The translations under genes were made by a program, and so were the position numbers. From a virus (lineage: Duplodnaviria; Caudoviricetes), in the IMG/VR virus record IMGVR_UViG_3300011774_000001, positions 1 through 64,000 of that record: a stretch of 64,000 nucleotides of DNA; one strand, written 5' to 3'. The notes below the pieces were generated by a model, which saw only the letters and a list, made by a program, of their open reading frames with translations, ran no database searches and was not told the origin of the DNA. Each line of letters starts with the position of its first letter. Position 1 is the first letter of the stretch. This document shows, piece after piece, positions 9,244 to 17,839 of this stretch.

Positions 9244-11529
9244 ATGGCCAACGACTATTATCAAATCTACCGCGATGACATTAAGCGGATGGCCCGCACG
9301 ATGGTCATTCGTCATGACATCAGCGCTCAGGCAACAAACCGCTACCTCGCCACTTACGGGATAACCGCGGGTGAGGACAGGAGGGGTTGGCGATACTACA
9401 TGAATATCGCCGGACTATATCATTCTACCAATGAAATGATGCAGGTCCTAAGTCTTGATACCAACGAAATCATTGACTTTACTCGTGAGAACATGGAGAT
9501 CCACCGCAAGACAAAGCGGGGATACGCTTACGGAACACGCTACTACAAAGCGTTGGTGGCCCAGTGGTCTCGTCAGGAACGTTTGATCAAGGGCATTGTC
9601 AACCCGGTGGACATTGATGTTGCAATCAATGCTCGTGAAAATGAGATCCTCTGGATCGACCCTGAGTTGATGGACGACAACGAGGATAACCTACAGCTAC
9701 TCATCCAAGGACAGATCGATGCGGTCATGGATCGCTGGCATGTGGAGATGTATTCGCTCACAGAGAGCCTGTACGACTGCGCACGCTACGTGAACCTCTA
9801 TGCCCACCTGCCTGCCTTCATTGAGTTCGCTCGTTGGAAGAACAGCCGTACAGAACGGGCGCACGGTTTCTTCATTCGTCAGTTCCTGGCCTGCAATGGG
9901 CGACTGGATCAGTTCTTCGATGCCATGACGTTGGAGCAGCGGTTGTTCTTCTACCGCAACCTGCCGTACCTGCACCGTTACCCTGGCTGGCAGGACAGCT
10001 TTGACTGGCTGAAAGAAGAGGTGATGGAGAAACGCCTGTTCCCATTGGCCGACTACACCCTCATCCAGAACGTTGAGAACATGCCGAACGACGTGTCCCC
10101 CTCGGTGGAACTGATCCGTCAGGAAACCACCAAGGACTACGCAGGTATTGCTCCAACCAAGGCCAGTGTTCGTGACGTGTTGGTCAAGCAACAACGACTG
10201 GCGTTGCGCAACACAGAGTTCTTGGAAGACAATGAGATTGAAACCACTGATCTCATGGAGAGCGCTCGTGTAAGCACCATGCAGACCAAGGTGCTGGAAT
10301 CTGACGTGCTGGACATGTCCGACTCTCAGCTCTTCAAGCTTGAAGACTTCCTTATTAACCACTGGGCGTATCTGGCGATCACTGATCGCTATTCAGCGGT
10401 TGTTAAGGTTGAGCACCCCCGCACTGGTGAGGAGATGACCCTGTCCTCTCTGGACGCGTTCATCCTGTTCCTGTACGTCTACAACAAGTCGGTGCTGCAA
10501 GAGCTGCCGATCGTGCCAGACATCCACGTGTCCTGCGTACTCAAAGACCCTGTGCCTTCCCCTGAGGAAATGTTCGAGGTCTGCTGCCTGGGTAAACACG
10601 CTTCGATCAACCATGCTCGTGCTCTGTGGGACATGGTGCCTGAGTTCACGTCCTACATCTCTACTGAATCGTTCTACAACGCAGTTAACGCTGTGTATAA
10701 CGCTGCAGTGGATCAGCATAACCTGGCCGCCTTCCAAGGGCACTTCCAGACCCGTGCTGAAGTAGAGTCCATGGGACTTTACATGTTCCAGGACTTTGGT
10801 GTCAGCTTGGCCAACCTTACGCCGTACGACGATTGGCTGAATGTACGTGGCCTGTCGACGATTCGTGAGCTGAACCAGACGGAGTTGGAAGGTCTGTGGT
10901 CTGCCCTGCTGCAAACTGCTACGGGTATGGACCTCAACATCTCCCTCTCGCTCAATGACATCCATCGGGCAATGATTGGGATCATGCAGCGTCTGTCGTC
11001 TTATTCGGTTCACTACGTGCGCCTGATGAACGATGCACCCCTGCGTCCCATTGATCTCAAGTGGATTCGTATCGGTGACTCTGAAGGTAAGAGTGAGGGT
11101 GGTCATGAGTTCGACATCCTCAAGCTGAAGGAGATACACAGCAAAGGTAGCAACCAAGGCACCTCGATCCAGAACAACCTGGACAACATGCGTGTTCAAG
11201 AATGGGAGACCCAGCTGATGGGTGAGTCCATGATGATCTGGGGTCTGGCCTTTGAACAGCAAACCGAGAAACACGGTGAGTCGTTCCTTGAGCTGCCACG
11301 CATCCGCATGTTTGAACCTGTGCTGCGTGAAGTCACTGACCTTGCAGGCCTGAAGTTCTCAACCGACATTATCCTCACGCCGTTGGACCCGTCCGATGAG
11401 CACATGGGTGAAGTCATTGCAGTGCGCGATTTGTCTGGCCTGAACTACCCGAACCATCAGTCTGAACTGACGCCGGTGAGTTCTGTTATCACCCAGATCA
11501 ACCTCAGGGGGCTTGAGTACCCTGAGTAA
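9244..11529 (+). CDS. Virion structural protein (phiKZ gp128-like)
   Basis: 761-aa ORF; WRYYMNIAGLYH and C-terminal MQRLSSYSVHY motifs recalled from this jumbo-phage family. Confidence 0.7.
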   Translation: MANDYYQIYRDDIKRMARTMVIRHDISAQATNRYLATYGITAGEDRRGWRYYMNIAGLYHSTNEMMQVLSLDTNEIIDFTRENMEIHRKTKRGYAYGTRYYKALVAQWSRQERLIKGIVNPVDIDVAINARENEILWIDPELMDDNEDNLQLLIQGQIDAVMDRWHVEMYSLTESLYDCARYVNLYAHLPAFIEFARWKNSRTERAHGFFIRQFLACNGRLDQFFDAMTLEQRLFFYRNLPYLHRYPGWQDSFDWLKEEVMEKRLFPLADYTLIQNVENMPNDVSPSVELIRQETTKDYAGIAPTKASVRDVLVKQQRLALRNTEFLEDNEIETTDLMESARVSTMQTKVLESDVLDMSDSQLFKLEDFLINHWAYLAITDRYSAVVKVEHPRTGEEMTLSSLDAFILFLYVYNKSVLQELPIVPDIHVSCVLKDPVPSPEEMFEVCCLGKHASINHARALWDMVPEFTSYISTESFYNAVNAVYNAAVDQHNLAAFQGHFQTRAEVESMGLYMFQDFGVSLANLTPYDDWLNVRGLSTIRELNQTELEGLWSALLQTATGMDLNISLSLNDIHRAMIGIMQRLSSYSVHYVRLMNDAPLRPIDLKWIRIGDSEGKSEGGHEFDILKLKEIHSKGSNQGTSIQNNLDNMRVQEWETQLMGESMMIWGLAFEQQTEKHGESFLELPRIRMFEPVLREVTDLAGLKFSTDIILTPLDPSDEHMGEVIAVRDLSGLNYPNHQSELTPVSSVITQINLRGLEYPE

Positions 11530-11546
11530 GGTGACTCCCCTCTAAG

Positions 11547-11576
11547 AGACGGGCTTACCGGCCCGTCTATTTTTTT
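11547..11576 (+). terminator. Classical intrinsic terminator
   Basis: AGACGGGC-TTACCG-GCCCGTCT followed by ATTTTTTT. Confidence 0.8.
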
Positions 11577-11594
11577 GTCAAATGGAAGAACATC

Positions 11595-12815
11595 ATGAGC
11601 GAGTTTTATGCTGCTCGGGCGGTCAGGCTACCCCCAAAGGACAGTGTACTGTTCTTGTTCAACTACGTCTCTGGCCTGAACATCAACTCGTACGAGGCTG
11701 ATGTGTCCAAACCCTTGGGTAAGGATGCGCAAGGCCGTACTGTTGTCCTAATCAAAGGACGCGGGGTGATAGGGCCTAATGGCGATGGTGGTTACATTAA
11801 CCAAGCCGAGTTTGCCTACCGTCGTACCAATCTGGCGGCCATTGGCCTGCCCACAGATGGCAGTTTCTTTGATGTGATTGGTTCTCGCCCTACCTTTGAA
11901 AACATGGTGGCAGAGCTGACTCGTCGTACTCAGTTCGGGTGCACGGTGGAAGACTTCATTCCCATCGAGTATCGGTCTGATCAAACCACTGGTTACGTTC
12001 TCAAGGCAGATCCCAACAGTCTGCGCTTTGAAGGGTCGGTGAACATCGGTAACCCACGTCGTGCCAACATCGATGAGTTCATCCCTGCTGACATCGGCGA
12101 AGTGTCCTTCGAGCAATACGACGGCATCTTCGACCTGAATCTGCAACGGATCGACATCAACTTCGATGTGACCGAGTACCCAGATCAGATTGATCGACTG
12201 GTGCAGGGCTACAAGATCCGTACCACCGATCTGGTGTTGTTCAACTTGTTGCTGGTTCAAGCTGACTACAGCGGTTTGCCACTGACCAACAACACGACAC
12301 CGAACGACCTGCTCAACGTGTATCAGGCTGAAGTGACCTACCACGGTCCTCTGCGTCAGGATGCCGATGACCACCACGTCTTCTCCAGTCGTGACCAGGT
12401 GATCGAGTTGACGCCGTCCAAGACCTATGCACCTCGTGCCATGGGCGTGCTTAAGCTGTACTACTCCAACGATGTTCCAAGCAGCCCAGTCATGGCCAGC
12501 CAGAACGTCTATGCATTGAACCTGTTCTCAACGCCAGCCTCTGGTAGTGCTCAGGCAGCCTTCTGGGCTCAGTGCAAGGTAGGTAAGCTGTTGGATCAGA
12601 ACGGCACAGCAGGGGTTATCGCTACGGCGTTCCAGGCCGCATTTGGGATAACATATGACCCCATCCTCAAGCAGGCCTTGAAGGTGACCTACAATGGCCC
12701 TGCAAGACCTTTCGATCAGGTGCCTGTTGGCAAGACGACCTGCAACGTCTGTGAGCTTTCTGTTGTAGACAGCCCACTTGACTTTATCTACGGCCCAGGC
12801 AAGGTGTACTACTGA
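11595..12815 (+). CDS. Putative baseplate/tail structural protein (phiKZ gp130-like family)
   Basis: F.YRR.NL and LKADPNSLRFEG motifs typical of phiKZ gp130-135-type proteins. Confidence 0.6.
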   Translation: MSEFYAARAVRLPPKDSVLFLFNYVSGLNINSYEADVSKPLGKDAQGRTVVLIKGRGVIGPNGDGGYINQAEFAYRRTNLAAIGLPTDGSFFDVIGSRPTFENMVAELTRRTQFGCTVEDFIPIEYRSDQTTGYVLKADPNSLRFEGSVNIGNPRRANIDEFIPADIGEVSFEQYDGIFDLNLQRIDINFDVTEYPDQIDRLVQGYKIRTTDLVLFNLLLVQADYSGLPLTNNTTPNDLLNVYQAEVTYHGPLRQDADDHHVFSSRDQVIELTPSKTYAPRAMGVLKLYYSNDVPSSPVMASQNVYALNLFSTPASGSAQAAFWAQCKVGKLLDQNGTAGVIATAFQAAFGITYDPILKQALKVTYNGPARPFDQVPVGKTTCNVCELSVVDSPLDFIYGPGKVYY

Positions 12816-13381
12816 TGAGCACAATCATTGACCTTCTTGCCGTGTCGCAGGAAGAAGCCATCATGCGGCAATTGTCGCAGCGAATGAATGTGGACTACGA
12901 GATCATCCATCCCAAGTTCTTCACATTCACTTACAACCCTTTGAACGATACCCAGGTCGCTGTTCAGATCCGGGCGCGTGCTCAAACTGTCAATGGTGAG
13001 AAATCCCCGTGGCAGGATGAACGTACGGTTCAGTTCCATCGGGCTAAACTGCGCGGTCTGGCTAACCAACGAGTGTTGAATGTCAACTGGGTTTCCGGTA
13101 TGGCAATCGAGCACATCCTGCGCGCCCTCAAGCTGACCCACAGTTTCAACGTCACGGCGTCTGAAATTGAGTTCCAGCAAACCGATGGCACATGGATCAA
13201 GTTGGCCGAGTCGTACCGTCCAGTGGTCAAGACATTGACTTGCCGTTTTGCTCAGGCCCAAGCCCGCTTTGTACCCACCGGTAGCGAGTTCACTATCTCG
13301 TTGTCCGACACGGTGCGCAATGACTTGGGCGAATACCTGCGCATTATTGCTGCGGGTACCGTAACGGGGGCACTGCAATGA
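12815..13381 (+). CDS. Putative tail/baseplate protein
   Basis: TGATG coupling to upstream gene; V.FHRAKL motif similar to the upstream paralogue. Confidence 0.6.
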   Translation: MSTIIDLLAVSQEEAIMRQLSQRMNVDYEIIHPKFFTFTYNPLNDTQVAVQIRARAQTVNGEKSPWQDERTVQFHRAKLRGLANQRVLNVNWVSGMAIEHILRALKLTHSFNVTASEIEFQQTDGTWIKLAESYRPVVKTLTCRFAQAQARFVPTGSEFTISLSDTVRNDLGEYLRIIAAGTVTGALQ

Positions 13382-13884
13382 CCAAGCCCATTTCTCGTGA
13401 TGAGTTGCGGGGCATCTCGTTCCTGCAATTGATTTGCCTGTACGTCAACCGTGCAGGTGATCTGGCCATTGAACCCAAGCAAATCAAACTCGACAGCGTG
13501 ACACGCTTAGAGGGTGGCAATGTTCGGGTCAAGATCAGTCCAGAGCGCATTACCGGTTGGACCAATGGACCCATCGAAGTGATCATCCCGCCGGTTGAGG
13601 TGGACAAGGTCTACGACGAGACAGTCATTGATTGGCAGGACATCCAAGGCAAGACGCTGGAAGAAGTCCTCAAGATTGCAGCCCTTCCTCCGCCGTTGCC
13701 AACCCGTGTCGAGGTCGAGGAATACGACATGCTCTATCCAGGGGCAGAGCTTAAGCTCAAGTATCGTCTGACCTACACCAATGCTTTCTTTGTGGGGGAA
13801 ACCATCGTGCGCATTTCAGGTGCGCCGAACAACCTGGATTCCCTTGCGGTTCTCAACACACTTTTCATCAGGGCTGAGCAATGA
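13378..13884 (+). CDS. Hypothetical structural protein
   Basis: ATGA overlaps on both sides within the operon. Confidence 0.65.
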   Translation: MTKPISRDELRGISFLQLICLYVNRAGDLAIEPKQIKLDSVTRLEGGNVRVKISPERITGWTNGPIEVIIPPVEVDKVYDETVIDWQDIQGKTLEEVLKIAALPPPLPTRVEVEEYDMLYPGAELKLKYRLTYTNAFFVGETIVRISGAPNNLDSLAVLNTLFIRAEQ

Positions 13885-14735
13885 AAACTACAGTAACAAC
13901 TATCTACGGTGCCTTCTTGCAGGCTTGCCAGTTCTTCAAGCAGAAGTTCGTCCTGGTGCCCAACACCACGTTGAACGAGAAGTTTGGCTTCATGGCAGGC
14001 ATTGCACCTGCTGATACCGAGATGCCCACCGTGCAATGGGTGGCTATCGGTAAGTGGGGTCACCGTAACGCCCAAGGCGCTGATGGTCAACCCTATACGG
14101 CGGCCAACCAGCACTTGCCAAGCGATGCGGGGCTGTACTCGCAGATCCCTTGGATCGTACGCCCACTGAGCCAGGGCCTGACTGCCAACGAGCGTAAGCA
14201 GTACGCTGGTCGTGTTGTCAAAGACGTCAATGGCGTACCGCATGAGTTGTGGTACCTGCGCGCTGTTGACCTGTCCACTGCCACCCCAGCCATGACCATC
14301 AATATCAAGGTCGACGGCAAGGTTCAGTCCAAACCGTTCGTACCAGACGCGGCCAACCTCAGCCCAACCCCACCGGTTATTCAGACGGGTGAAGTGCTGA
14401 CCGCCTCCGGTGAATACCTGGCGGTGAAGTCGGTTATCGACATCATCATCACGGCACCAGAGATCGAAGCGATCATCGAAGGCTGCCGCATCCTGTTCGA
14501 TAGCGAAGCCTACGCCATCATCTCCGAGATCGCTCTGGTGTCCGGCGTGCAGCGTCAGAACACGGGTCGTGGTGCAGGTAACAACAACATCCAGTATGTG
14601 GAAGCGATCGCCGCTCAGATCTGCGGTATCCTGACCACCTACTACTCGCTGCCAGCGGCCAACAGTCAGATCCGTGAAACCATGACACTGGGTACCAGTG
14701 ACCCAATGCTGCTGAACACCGGCTTGGCCGGCTAA
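13881..14735 (+). CDS. Virion structural protein (phiKZ gp139-like)
   Basis: PNTTLNEKF, AIGKWGH, YAIISEIALVSG motifs; directly upstream of RuvC. Confidence 0.7.
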   Translation: MKTTVTTIYGAFLQACQFFKQKFVLVPNTTLNEKFGFMAGIAPADTEMPTVQWVAIGKWGHRNAQGADGQPYTAANQHLPSDAGLYSQIPWIVRPLSQGLTANERKQYAGRVVKDVNGVPHELWYLRAVDLSTATPAMTINIKVDGKVQSKPFVPDAANLSPTPPVIQTGEVLTASGEYLAVKSVIDIIITAPEIEAIIEGCRILFDSEAYAIISEIALVSGVQRQNTGRGAGNNNIQYVEAIAAQICGILTTYYSLPAANSQIRETMTLGTSDPMLLNTGLAG

Positions 14736-14747
14736 GGGGCATAAGCC

Positions 14748-15335
14748 ATGGACGTCAGACACGATCGAGATTGTGTTCGTGTCATGGGCATTGACCCAGG
14801 GTCTCGTACCCTGGGCATCGCTATTACCACGTGCTTTCCTTATCAACAGGAATGGACGATGGATCAAGCATGGACACTGAACACAGAGCTGGCATTAAGA
14901 CTCAGGCGTTTCCGTGCTGATCGGGTGGGCGACCATCAGGTTAGAGTGGAGGCAATTGAGGAAGAGGTGTTTGAGGCACTCTGCGAATTCCATCCCGATG
15001 TAGTGATCATGGAGACACCGTACTTAGGGCGGCTGGCACAGCCGTTCTTTGTACTTACGCAGGTGATGGTGGCCATTGGCCGAGCAGTTGAGCGGTACTC
15101 TGCAGCCATGTACCTACAGAAGATTGATCCTTCTACTGCAAAGAAGGCAATTGGAGTCCCTGGTAACTCGTCTGACAAGTCTTTGGTGCGCAAAGCGGTG
15201 TTGGGGTTGAAGAACCTTGATAACGTCTCTGACAAGCCTCTGGAGGACTTAGACGAGCACAGCATCGATGCCATCGCGGTTGCACACTACTACTGTGTCA
15301 CTGAACTCGGGTTGGAGTTTAAGAAGCCATGTTAA
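14748..15335 (+). CDS. ruvC: RuvC-like Holliday junction resolvase
   Basis: Catalytic motifs GIDPG, VIMETPY, DEHSIDAIAVA. Confidence 0.9.
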   Translation: MDVRHDRDCVRVMGIDPGSRTLGIAITTCFPYQQEWTMDQAWTLNTELALRLRRFRADRVGDHQVRVEAIEEEVFEALCEFHPDVVIMETPYLGRLAQPFFVLTQVMVAIGRAVERYSAAMYLQKIDPSTAKKAIGVPGNSSDKSLVRKAVLGLKNLDNVSDKPLEDLDEHSIDAIAVAHYYCVTELGLEFKKPC

Positions 15336-15850
15336 ACGCACTCAAGGGTTACATACTCGGGGCGCTTGGCTTGCTATTGGTTAGCTTGGTTGGGGTGAAT
15401 CTATACGGCTCTTACAAAGTCTGGAATCGCCTCGACGAAGTGGCCAACATGCGAGTTGAGGTTGCGAGTGAAAAGGTGGTGACTGATCTGGTTAACAAAC
15501 AAGATGAGGCCATCAAAAACATCAACAAGGCTGGTGAAGATTCCACCGCTAGACTACAGGAAATTCTCAAAGATGCGCAAGATGAGAATACTGAGCGGAG
15601 CCAGCCGGCTGCGCCCGCCCATGTCACTCAAGTGGCCGTTGCTCCGCCAGCCCCAGTGGTTGCTAAAGCTCCGGCACCTCCTGCAACTCAAGCGAAAGCT
15701 GAAGCTCTCCCTAAGGGTCCTTCTGCTACCACCACTCGCACTCTTGATGAGTTGTGGGACAACTACTGCACCACCTTCCCAACCGAAAGCAGTTGTGATC
15801 GACAAACGGCTACAACGGGGCCAGTGCGTCCCAGTACCGCCACCCGATAA
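15329..15850 (+). CDS. Putative inner-membrane spanin (Rz-like)
   Basis: N-terminal TM helix, coiled-coil periplasmic part, Pro/Ala linker, two C-terminal Cys; overlaps a lipoprotein gene in the +1 frame. Confidence 0.65.
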   Translation: MLNALKGYILGALGLLLVSLVGVNLYGSYKVWNRLDEVANMRVEVASEKVVTDLVNKQDEAIKNINKAGEDSTARLQEILKDAQDENTERSQPAAPAHVTQVAVAPPAPVVAKAPAPPATQAKAEALPKGPSATTTRTLDELWDNYCTTFPTESSCDRQTATTGPVRPSTATR

Positions 15851-16004
15851 AGCGGCTTCTGCTGGGCGTAGTGATCAGGAGATGGTTCCTATCCTGGGTC
15901 AGGTAATCGTCAAACAAAACGGAGTCATTGCCAAGTGTATCGAGCAGATCGACACAGGTAATGCCTACATCGAAAGAATCAACGAGGAGCTGAAGAAGAA
16001 ATGA
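15621..16004 (+). CDS. Putative outer-membrane spanin lipoprotein (Rz1-like); start codon uncertain
   Basis: Basic then hydrophobic segment ending LALLMS-C (Cys at 15753); Pro-rich CVPVPPP; overlapped architecture with the upstream gene. Confidence 0.6.
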   Translation: MSLKWPLLRQPQWLLKLRHLLQLKRKLKLSLRVLLLPPLALLMSCGTTTAPPSQPKAVVIDKRLQRGQCVPVPPPDKAASAGRSDQEMVPILGQVIVKQNGVIAKCIEQIDTGNAYIERINEELKKK

Positions 16005-16435
16005 ACCTCTTTACCGCGACTACGCTGAATGAGAACGCACCCATCGGCACCCAGTCGTGGTACCCGATGGTTCCGCTGATTCAGCTGAGCTTTGCCCAAG
16101 GCACAGTGTTTGATCCAACCATGACGTGCAAGGAATTCCTCGCCATGATCATGAGCCTGGATACTTCGCTGCGCTCTCAGATTCTGAACATGGATATCCC
16201 TGAAGTGTCTGAACAAGTTGAAACGGCTAAGCGCGATGGTCACAAGTCGTTGCTGGTGGGTGTGTGTGTTACGCTGGTCTTTGCCAGTGTGTTGATCGTG
16301 GGTCTCTACGTGATGGCTACCAGTCACACAGGCGGCACACCAGACGCAGGCGTTCTGGAGAAGTTCACCAACTTCATCCTGGAAATCCTGAAGATGCTGG
16401 TGTCTATGTTGGGCGGTCCTGCACCGGCGACATAA
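16001..16435 (+). CDS. Small membrane protein, holin candidate
   Basis: ATGA overlap with the o-spanin gene; one strong TM (LLVGVCVTLVFASVLIVGLYV) plus an amphipathic C-terminal helix. Confidence 0.5.
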   Translation: MNLFTATTLNENAPIGTQSWYPMVPLIQLSFAQGTVFDPTMTCKEFLAMIMSLDTSLRSQILNMDIPEVSEQVETAKRDGHKSLLVGVCVTLVFASVLIVGLYVMATSHTGGTPDAGVLEKFTNFILEILKMLVSMLGGPAPAT

Positions 16436-16471
16436 AGCACTGCCCGCCCCACTGGGGCGGGCAGCTATGCC
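16431..16471. terminator. Bidirectional hairpin with CATA / TATGCC flanks
   Basis: CTGCCCGCCCC-ACT-GGGGCGGGCAG between convergent genes. Confidence 0.85.
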
Positions 16472-16472
16472 G

Positions 16473-17741
16473 TCATTCGAAAACGTCGCACTTGATCTCA
16501 AGGATCGATGGGCTGGCAGGGCGCAGGCGGTCACGGTTGGAACGAATGGCATCCACCGCATTAGCATTGCGCCAGCGGATGTCATGCATGCGCATGTGAT
16601 CGTGTGGGCCCTCAGGAGCCAGCAGTGTCCACTTAGGCCACTGATCCAATTGCAGGTAGTTCATGATCCGACCATCGTGGTGCACAACCGGTGCCTTAAC
16701 TGCCTCGTGGTGGAAGAACGCACAAGGGTGACCACCCACTTCCAGAGGAATGCGATTGGTGTAGATGTCTGGCTTACCGACTACCACAATGAACGACTGA
16801 CTGATCGTCAACAGTTCACGGATAAAGTCACGCTGCCGTGTCTCTACTACACTGATCACAGTAGGGGCATCTTTCTTGTTGCTGACCACAGAACGGATCT
16901 GCGACAAGTCCATGTACTTCTCAGCCGTCAGGAACCGCTCCAGGTACGGGTAACGCAGCAGGTTGATCTCAAAGAGACCATCGCCAGTTGCACGGAACAC
17001 ATCACCCATGGGGATCAGGTGGCCGAGGAGCACCAACATAGCAGAATGCTGACTCCAGTCGACGCCAGGGACGCTGACATAAACTGGACCGTCCAGTGAG
17101 TCTCCTGCAGCAGGTAGGCCTCCAAGCATCGATTCAACCATTGGGACAACTTTACATCCTCCAAGCTTGCTGAAGCTGATGAGTCCCAAGCTATTGATAT
17201 TCGATACCTGAACAGTTCGACCACCCTGCATCACGTAGAGACCACGGCTGGAACTGTAAGTACGGTGTAGGAATCCTGCCACACTGGCCAGGCAGTTGGC
17301 TTCAACCATCCCGCCATCCATGTCTTTCTTGGTGACAAGCAGGTCTGTTTTGGCAGCAGTGACAATGTCCATGGAAGGACCACCACCCGGTACAACCATC
17401 TCCACCTGAAACTTTGCGTGGATGGCATCCGAGTAGACAGCCTGCACAGACGTGATGTCTTTGAACTCTTTGGTGGGCAGGGCCAGATTGTCCAGCGCTA
17501 CAAACCACTCAGCTACCGTCATGCGTTGTTCAAAGCGATTGACGAAGGGCAGAGCATCCATGAAGAAGTCGAACAGGAAGAACTTATCCTTGTCCGTGTC
17601 GTGGGTGAGGACCATGCGGGTTTGTCCCAACACCTGTCCTACGGAGTGCACCTCAACAGCGAGGGCGGTAGCCAGATCTTGTTCGACCCAGCGCATGCCA
17701 TTTTGGTTAACCTTGGCAAAGATTTTCTGTGGAGTATACAT
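16473..17741 (-). CDS. Putative virion structural protein
   Basis: 422-aa ORF divergent from the tail-fibre genes; LASVAGFLHRT...GGRT motif recalled from jumbo-phage structural proteins. Confidence 0.6.
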   Translation of the reverse strand: MYTPQKIFAKVNQNGMRWVEQDLATALAVEVHSVGQVLGQTRMVLTHDTDKDKFFLFDFFMDALPFVNRFEQRMTVAEWFVALDNLALPTKEFKDITSVQAVYSDAIHAKFQVEMVVPGGGPSMDIVTAAKTDLLVTKKDMDGGMVEANCLASVAGFLHRTYSSSRGLYVMQGGRTVQVSNINSLGLISFSKLGGCKVVPMVESMLGGLPAAGDSLDGPVYVSVPGVDWSQHSAMLVLLGHLIPMGDVFRATGDGLFEINLLRYPYLERFLTAEKYMDLSQIRSVVSNKKDAPTVISVVETRQRDFIRELLTISQSFIVVVGKPDIYTNRIPLEVGGHPCAFFHHEAVKAPVVHHDGRIMNYLQLDQWPKWTLLAPEGPHDHMRMHDIRWRNANAVDAIRSNRDRLRPASPSILEIKCDVFE

Positions 17742-17839
17742 AGGGCCGCCTCTCGGCTGAAGAAGTATGTTATGGACGATGACCGGCTATAAAATAGCCG
17801 CCCTATAAACCCCGGAGACGGATTCGGAGTACCCGAGAC

